DNA of 64,000 nt from Opitutales bacterium (lineage in GTDB: Bacteria > Verrucomicrobiota > Verrucomicrobiia > Opitutales > JABSRG01), in assembly GCA_049599475.1 (NCBI GenBank), contig JBMYOQ010000003.1, forward strand, positions 1 through 64,000. Direction: 5' to 3'. Each line of letters opens with the position of its first letter. The first letter of the stretch is position 1. A model generated the notes under the pieces. The model was not told where the DNA came from. It did not search any database and saw only the letters and a list, made by a program, of their open reading frames with translations. Both the position numbers and the translations under genes were made by a program. Shown piece after piece: positions 63,471 to 64,000 of this stretch.

Positions 63471-63836
63471 ATGTCTGAAAGAGATTTGGAATTCGAAGTC
63501 GGTTTTTTCGAAGGAGTTTACAAACGGGGCAAACGAGATACGCGTGTCATAGAAATTCTGGGGCATCTCTATACCAAAACAGGTAAAATCACTGAAGGCT
63601 TACGTATGGACCGGACTCTGGTGCGCCTAGAGCCCGAAAATGCCCTCGCCCACTACAACTTAGCCTGCAGCCTAGCGCTGAAGAAACGAAAAAAGGAAGC
63701 CGTCGCATCGCTGGAAAATGCGGTTTCCCTCGGTTACAGCGATCTGGCGTGGATGTGCCGCGACCCTGATTTGGAATCCCTGGAGGGATATCATGCATTC
63801 GACGCGCTGATCGAGAGACTGCGCCACATTTTATAG
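63471..63836 (+). CDS. Small TPR protein
   Basis: LGHLYTKTG, PENALAHYNLACSLAL, DPDLESL. Confidence 0.85.
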   Translation: MSERDLEFEVGFFEGVYKRGKRDTRVIEILGHLYTKTGKITEGLRMDRTLVRLEPENALAHYNLACSLALKKRKKEAVASLENAVSLGYSDLAWMCRDPDLESLEGYHAFDALIERLRHIL

Positions 63837-63936
63837 GGTTCAACATTCGAACTAGGCCACATTAGGAAGCCTTATTTAATCCAATTCGAAATAGATCATC
63901 GTTGAACCGTAGGCCGCGCAGGGACAGTCTTCTACC

Positions 63937-64000
63937 ATGAGCAAAATCGTGATCCTCTGCGTTGATGACGAAGCCGAGGTCCTTCAAGCCGTCGTGCGTG
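63937..64000 (+). CDS. Response regulator receiver domain, truncated by window end
   Basis: MSKIVILCVDDEAEVLQAVVR. Confidence 0.75.
   Translation, partial: MSKIVILCVDDEAEVLQAVVR

Overview
Bacterial chromosomal window, most likely a marine Verrucomicrobiota (Opitutales-like). This is inferred from gene content, pyrimidine-rich non-Shine-Dalgarno leaders and a C-terminal Y-x-V-E-x-S-x-D-L-x-x-W...FYR domain. Positions ~1-54,900 form a sulfated-glycan degradation island. It holds five free-standing Cys-type sulfatases, one sulfatase domain fused into a 2048-aa protein and one sulfatase fragment, plus GH2 x2, GH92, GH28, GH38, GH39-like domains, DUF1080, Gfo/Idh/MocA x2, DUF6807/PmoA-like x2, ThuA-like, transporters and a hipBA-like module. 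Positions ~55,200-64,000 are core-like genes: surE, a degenerate NtrC-like regulator, a secreted coiled-coil ClpP-like protease, priA, Fur family, TPR and a partial response regulator. The most striking observation is a family of 87-bp (29-codon) GTAG-type palindromic REPIN-like elements. These occur between genes and also appear in frame inside the signal-peptide regions of consecutive genes of one CAZyme operon. Other oddities are a triply nested Ig>CBM32>CBM4-like domain, a head-to-head junction of two 5'-truncated genes, an in-frame-deleted GH71/99-like remnant, an amber-interrupted sugar porter and a highly structured 490-bp intergenic region. No tRNA, rRNA, CRISPR array, transposase or integrase was recognised. 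Family calls come from motif recognition by eye, not database searches.
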